NCBI GenBank assembly: GCA_965208835.1
Contig: OZ242358.1
Location: 4,416,001-4,480,000, forward strand
Direction: 5' to 3'
Origin: Candidatus Latescibacterota bacterium
GTDB lineage: Bacteria; Latescibacterota; UBA2968; GCA-2709665
Length of the DNA: 64,000 bases
Of the stretch, positions 58,999-64,000 are shown one piece after another. The notes under the pieces are model-generated. The model was not told the origin of the DNA, did no database searches, and saw only the letters and a program-made list of their open reading frames with translations. A program made the position numbers and the translations under genes. The stretch's first letter is position 1. Each line of letters begins with the position of its first letter.

Positions 58999-61497
58999 TT
59001 ATACGGACTGCCCGAAGGCGTTCGCCAGGATGAGGAAGTCCGAGAACCCCACCTCACCGTCGCCGTTCAGGTCAAAGCGCGCATCGTAGCCGTCGTCGCC
59101 CTGACCGAGTCCGAACTTTTGTGCGAACACGACAAAGTCGCTGAAATCCACCCGCCCGTCGCTGTTGATGTCTGGATTGCCGTGCGAGTGGGCGCTAAAC
59201 ACCGCTGGCGCCAGGCCCGCTGCCCGGGCCTGCACGATGTTCATCCCGGCCGCGGGACCCAGCGTGAGCGACGTGGCGGCGTTCCCGCTCGTATCGGCCC
59301 CGGCCGACGCCGGCCGCACCTTCCCGCCGCCTTCGGTGACGCTGAACAGGACCGGCATGCCCGGAAACGGGTCGCCGTGCTGGTCCCGCACCGAAACGAC
59401 GAACGGCGCCGGCAGCGCCGTTGCCGCCGCGCCCCTTTGCGCATCGCCGGAGACGAGCGTCACGCGCTCCGGACGCTGCCGCACCCACTCCGACGTGTCC
59501 CACAGCTCTATACTGCCCTCGGTGGTTCCCACGGCCAGCACGGACCCGTCGTGCCAGTAGGCCAAAGATTTGGGGGACCCCGTGTGCGGCAGCCGCGCGT
59601 AGATCTTGCCCGTGGCGGCGTCCCGCACGATGACCGTACCCTCGATGCCGCCGCTGGCCAGCGTCTCCCCGTCCGGTGAAAACGCCATAACGTTGACACT
59701 GGGCGCATGCACCATCTTCATTTCGGCGACCGTATTCCGCGTGGCCACGTCCCAGAACGCGATCACATCCGAGGCCGCAGCCAGGGTCCTGCCGTCCGGC
59801 GACAACGCAATCCTTTTTATACCCTCCTCGCCAGGCCGCACGAGGACGCCTCGTACTCGACGCGCGGGCCAGTCCCACAACCGGATGGAATTGTCGTAGG
59901 AAGCCGACGCCAGAACGCTGCCGTCGGGAGAAAACTGCAGGTGCTCGACCGGTCGCGTATGCCCTTTGAGGACGCCCGTCATCTCCCCGGTGGCCGCGTC
60001 CCACGTCTTCATATTGTCCTCATCGGTAAATGAAGACGACACCAGCGTCGCCCCGTCAAGCGAGTACGCCAGCGCCTGGATCCACCACGTATGCCCTGCC
60101 AGCGTGCCCGTGCGTTTTTGCGACGCCGCGTCCCACAGCCCGATCCAGCCGCTGGCTGTCCCTGCCGCCAGCGTCGACCCGTCCGGCGACAACGCCACCG
60201 CGTAGATTCTCTCATCCCCCACGTCCAGCGTGGCCAACTCCTCATAAGTCTTCGTATCCCACAGCCTGACCGTACCGTCCGTCGATCCCGATGCCAGCGT
60301 CGACCCGTCCGCCGAGAGCGCGAGCTCTACGTAGCGTCCTTCGCCGTGTCCTTCCAGCGTCGCCGCGTGATACGGCGACCGCTGCGCGAACGTCCAACGC
60401 CCGTCTCCTTTATTGCCCTGCTTGTCGATCGCCTTGAATTGGATAAAATGGGACGGCGGGTCCGACAGCGTCGTGGCATGTGGGGAAATCCTCCCGTCGT
60501 ACTCATACTCGATGACGGCCTCGTTCTCACCGGAGAATACGCGGCAATCCTTGATTCTGAGGATAAAGTGGTTCGCAAAGGGGGGTGAAACAAGCATCAC
60601 CAGCTGATGCAGGCCGTGACGCGCCTCGACCTTCAGACGCACGGTGATGCGCTCCGAGCCCTCGTCATACCACAGGGGCGACAGCAGCTCCACGGTCGGG
60701 CTTGCGTCCCAGTCCCACCCCAGGGGCACCTCCGTGTTGAAGAAGGGCTGCACCGACAGGAACGCCGCGCTGCAGGCAGACAGACGTTCACTGCCGCGGT
60801 AGATCCCAAGGATATAATCCCCTTCGCGATGGTCGTGCCAGAGCATCCCGAAGGCGTGCGCCAGCTCGTGCGCGGCCACCCAGAACTCGAAACCGCCGGG
60901 GACGATCGCATCCCCACCATCCTTACCTCCACTCGCGATGCCTCCCGGTGCGCCAAAAGGACCCAGCGCGTCACCCCAGCGATTGTCGATCACGACGAAC
61001 AGGACCACGTTGTTCGGATCAAACGCTTCCCGGACCTCCCTTTGCACCTTTGACGACGGCCTTTCGTCATAATAGCGGTCGGCGTGCGCCCCGTCCAGCC
61101 GGTGCACCACGGGCGCGCCGCTAGCGTCCGCCTCATACCGGAACGTCGTGTACCCGTACCCGTGTGCTTCCATCTGCTCTCCGAATAACCGCTGCAGGCG
61201 CACCATCATCGTCTTCATCTTATCCACCACCGACTGCCGGTACGGGCGGTCTTTCGGCAGAAAGTAGATCATCCGCACCGTCCGCGGCTTACCCACGTTC
61301 GGTTCCTCCGCCGCAGCCTTGCCCGCAACCTGTGCGTCCTCGCCTCCCCACCCCTCCTCTTTCAACACCACGCAGTGAAACACGCTGTCAGACCGCACGG
61401 ACGATGCCAACGCCGTGGTCGGAAGCCACAGCATGCCAACAAAGCACGACCCCACCGTCATCCAAGGCATCAGACGCAATACGCACCGTCGCTGCAT
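58999..61497 (-). CDS. HExxH zinc peptidase + WD40 + Big_1-like Ig + type-A dockerin-like
   Basis: GGGAGG RBS, signal peptide, HELAHAFGMLWHD, WD40 repeats, DINSDGRVDFSDF. Confidence 0.9.
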   Translation of the reverse strand: MQRRCVLRLMPWMTVGSCFVGMLWLPTTALASSVRSDSVFHCVVLKEEGWGGEDAQVAGKAAAEEPNVGKPRTVRMIYFLPKDRPYRQSVVDKMKTMMVRLQRLFGEQMEAHGYGYTTFRYEADASGAPVVHRLDGAHADRYYDERPSSKVQREVREAFDPNNVVLFVVIDNRWGDALGPFGAPGGIASGGKDGGDAIVPGGFEFWVAAHELAHAFGMLWHDHREGDYILGIYRGSERLSACSAAFLSVQPFFNTEVPLGWDWDASPTVELLSPLWYDEGSERITVRLKVEARHGLHQLVMLVSPPFANHFILRIKDCRVFSGENEAVIEYEYDGRISPHATTLSDPPSHFIQFKAIDKQGNKGDGRWTFAQRSPYHAATLEGHGEGRYVELALSADGSTLASGSTDGTVRLWDTKTYEELATLDVGDERIYAVALSPDGSTLAAGTASGWIGLWDAASQKRTGTLAGHTWWIQALAYSLDGATLVSSSFTDEDNMKTWDAATGEMTGVLKGHTRPVEHLQFSPDGSVLASASYDNSIRLWDWPARRVRGVLVRPGEEGIKRIALSPDGRTLAAASDVIAFWDVATRNTVAEMKMVHAPSVNVMAFSPDGETLASGGIEGTVIVRDAATGKIYARLPHTGSPKSLAYWHDGSVLAVGTTEGSIELWDTSEWVRQRPERVTLVSGDAQRGAAATALPAPFVVSVRDQHGDPFPGMPVLFSVTEGGGKVRPASAGADTSGNAATSLTLGPAAGMNIVQARAAGLAPAVFSAHSHGNPDINSDGRVDFSDFVVFAQKFGLGQGDDGYDARFDLNGDGEVGFSDFLILANAFGQSV

Positions 61498-61601
61498 AAC
61501 CGGATCCTCCCTTTTGTCTCATCCCAATGTCACGTCGACAACAGGCTCTCCTTCGTGTTCAAACGGCTTCCGAGACAGGCGTCATCCGTGCCGATCGCAG
61601 G

Positions 61602-64000
61602 TCACGATCCACCGCCGCCGCGCGCGGCCGCGTCGCTCTCGATATACCCCGAGAGGATTACGAAGTCCGCATAGTTGATCGTCCCGTCGCCGTTCAGGTC
61701 CATCCGGCGGTCATACCCCGCGTCCGACCTGCGCAGACCCATCATCTTATTGAACAGCTTTGCATCCGCGGCGTCGCGCCTGCCGTCGCCGTTGAAATCG
61801 CCAGGCAAAGCGACGGTCATTGTAAAGGACGCTTCCTCCTGGCGCTTGCCCTGGTCTTTCACGATCACCGTGACCGTGGCGCTGCCCAACTGCGTGGGCG
61901 TGCCGCCGATACTCCCGCCCGAAGAAATGGTGATGCCCGCGGGGGCGCTTTCCAACGAATACGTGTACGCCCCCCTGCCTCCTGATGCCGACACCTGGAT
62001 CGGGTCCATGTCCAGCTGCCACGTCACCACCACGTCCGATATGGACCCGATCGACAGCGCCCGGCTGACGTACATGGTAAAGTCGGTTTCAGCCGTTTCA
62101 GGTCGAGCGTCGGTGACGGTCACCGTAATGATGAACGTGCCGAGGGCGGTTGGCGCGCCACTGATAACACCCGTCGACGTGCTGGACGAGATTCCGGCGG
62201 GTCTACCAGACGTTGAGAACGTGTACGGCGTTTCACCACCCGAGGCGGACGGTGTAATCGAAGAAATCGTCTTATTGACGTCTGCATCCACGTCGTCAAT
62301 GTCCGCAATCGTTAGCGGCGGGACAATGACCCTGATGATGAACGACTTCTCGCCCGTGCAGCCCGACGCGTCCGTCGCCTCCACCGTCACGTTGAATTCG
62401 CCGCGAACTCCGGGCGCCCGACCGCCGATGCCACCGCCGGCGTCTACCTCCACCCACCCGGGGCCGCTCTTCCTCCGGTACCTATACTGGCCCCTGCCCC
62501 CCGATGCGCTCGCCGTGATCGATGGCAAATCCTTTTTCACCTCCACCGTCACGTCCGACAGCCCGCCCACCGTAATCGTCGGACACGCCACGGTGACTTT
62601 GATCGTCCCGGCGCCGGTATTCCGTTGCTCATCCGTCGCCGTTACGTTGAAGGTGTAGTTGCCGGGCGTCGCGTCTGCAGACGGCGCAACGGTGTATACG
62701 TTGCTCGCCGTCTTTCTCGCCCACGCCAGCCCGACAGGGTTCCCGAACGTCTTCGCTCCGCATCCCCCCGTCGCACTCACGCTCACCGTTGCCGTCCCAC
62801 CGGCCTTCACCGTCACCGGATCCGGGCTCTGCGCGACCGTAATCGCCGGACAGTTCACCGTGACGTTGATCACCCCGGCGCCGGTGTTCCCTTCCGCGTC
62901 CGTCGCCGTCACGCTGAAGGTGAAATTGCCGGGCGACGTGTCCGCAGGCGGCGCAACGGTGTATTGATTGCTCGCCGTCTTTCTCGCCCACGCCAGCCCG
63001 ACAGGGTCCCCGAACGACTTCGACCCGCATCCACCCGCCGCACTCACACTCACAGTTGCCGTCCCGCCGGCCTTCACCGTCACCGGATCAGGGCTCTGCG
63101 TGACCGTAATCGCCGGACAGTTCACCGTGACGTTGATCGCCCCGGTGCCGGTATTCCCTTCCGAGTCCGTCGCCGTCACGCTAAAGGTGAAATTGCCGGG
63201 CGACGTGTCTGCGGGCGGGGCCACGGTGTATTGGCTGTCCGTCCCCTGTTTTTTTGTCACCCACGCCAGCCCGACGGGGTCCCCGAACGACTTCGACCCG
63301 CATCCCCCCGTCGCACTCACGCCCACCGTCGCCGTCCCGCCAGCGGTCGCCGTCACCGGATCGGGGCTCTGCGTGACCTTAATCGCCGGACAGTTCACCG
63401 TGACGTTGATCGCCCCGGCGCCGGTATTCCCTTCCGAGTCCGTCGCCGTCACGTCAAAGGAGTAGTTACCGGGCGACGTGTCTGCGGGCGGGGCCACGGT
63501 GTATTGGTTGTCCGTCCCCGGTTTTTTCGTCACCCACGCCAGCCCGCCCGGATCCCCGAACGACTTCGACCCGCATCCCCCCGTCGCACTCACGCTCACC
63601 GTCGCCGTCCCGCCGGCCTGCACCGTCACCGGATCGGGGCTCTGCGCGACCGAAACGGCCGGGCATACAACCTCGACCGTGAATGAACCTGTACCCGGAC
63701 ACTCGTTCGCGTCCTGAATGCCGACGTTCACGGTATGCGTGCCAGACGCGTCAGGCGCGCTCGTCACGGAGATCGTGCCCCCGGCGTTGATCGTCACCCA
63801 ATCCGGCCCGCCCGTCTTCGTAAACGTATGGTCCGGCTTACCTCCCGACGCCGTCGCCGCGGCCGTCTCGGAGCCGCCTGCCTGCACCGTCACCTTGCCC
63901 GGACCCGCGTATCCAATTGAAGCACACGTCACTCTCACTTTGATTGTCCCCGTGCCGGTATTCCCTTCCGCGTCCGTCGCCGTCACGCTAAAGGTGTAGT
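61602..64000 (-). CDS. Large Ig-repeat (adhesin/scaffold-like) protein with C-terminal type-B dockerin-like module; 5' end outside the window
   Basis: Tandem ~90-aa CPAIxVxQSPDPVT...GGCG...VTATDxEGNTG repeats, He_PIG-like domains, GDFNGDGRRDAAD...DLNGDGTINYADF. Confidence 0.9.
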   Translation of the reverse strand, partial: YTFSVTATDAEGNTGTGTIKVRVTCASIGYAGPGKVTVQAGGSETAAATASGGKPDHTFTKTGGPDWVTINAGGTISVTSAPDASGTHTVNVGIQDANECPGTGSFTVEVVCPAVSVAQSPDPVTVQAGGTATVSVSATGGCGSKSFGDPGGLAWVTKKPGTDNQYTVAPPADTSPGNYSFDVTATDSEGNTGAGAINVTVNCPAIKVTQSPDPVTATAGGTATVGVSATGGCGSKSFGDPVGLAWVTKKQGTDSQYTVAPPADTSPGNFTFSVTATDSEGNTGTGAINVTVNCPAITVTQSPDPVTVKAGGTATVSVSAAGGCGSKSFGDPVGLAWARKTASNQYTVAPPADTSPGNFTFSVTATDAEGNTGAGVINVTVNCPAITVAQSPDPVTVKAGGTATVSVSATGGCGAKTFGNPVGLAWARKTASNVYTVAPSADATPGNYTFNVTATDEQRNTGAGTIKVTVACPTITVGGLSDVTVEVKKDLPSITASASGGRGQYRYRRKSGPGWVEVDAGGGIGGRAPGVRGEFNVTVEATDASGCTGEKSFIIRVIVPPLTIADIDDVDADVNKTISSITPSASGGETPYTFSTSGRPAGISSSTSTGVISGAPTALGTFIITVTVTDARPETAETDFTMYVSRALSIGSISDVVVTWQLDMDPIQVSASGGRGAYTYSLESAPAGITISSGGSIGGTPTQLGSATVTVIVKDQGKRQEEASFTMTVALPGDFNGDGRRDAADAKLFNKMMGLRRSDAGYDRRMDLNGDGTINYADFVILSGYIESDAAARGGGGS

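Noticed and set aside
75-63999. Numerous overlapping antisense or alternate-frame ORFs (e.g. 13742..14446, 57603..58634, 61675..62658)
   Set aside because: They are shadows of repetitive GC-rich coding genes, with no RBS or domain signal.
1-64000. CRISPR array
   Set aside because: Repeats are either in-frame coding repeats or dispersed REPs. There is no repeat-spacer periodicity and no cas gene.

Overview
A GC-rich bacterial accessory region with no housekeeping genes, made almost entirely of secreted modular repeat proteins of the eukaryotic-like type: plant-receptor-like and internalin-like LRR, WD40, ankyrin, NHL-like, FG-GAP, MORN and Ig repeats. This content resembles marine sponge symbionts such as Latescibacterota (inference only). 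Twelve genes carry the same duplicated Ca2+-loop dockerin-like module (type A). Four loci carry a second, asymmetric dockerin-like module (type B), and one LRR protein also carries a cohesin-like domain. Seven of the type-A proteins contain a protease domain: 2 leishmanolysin/M8-like, 4 HExxH metzincin-like and 1 clostripain-like. Together this suggests a cellulosome-like docking complex loaded with host-interaction repeats and proteases instead of CAZymes. A second family of 8 genes uses a different N-terminal helical module (LPPE...FHFKYA) fused to MORN or ankyrin repeats. None of them has a dockerin, and 5 of the 8 are disrupted. The region shows tandem duplication, mosaic paralogues, two IS630 elements plus a remnant, a 353-bp IS1595-like MITE, four kinds of REP-like repeat, and a recurring tandem 17-bp palindrome (TGTnGCA-N3-TGCGACA). 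All domain calls come from motif recognition, not database searches.
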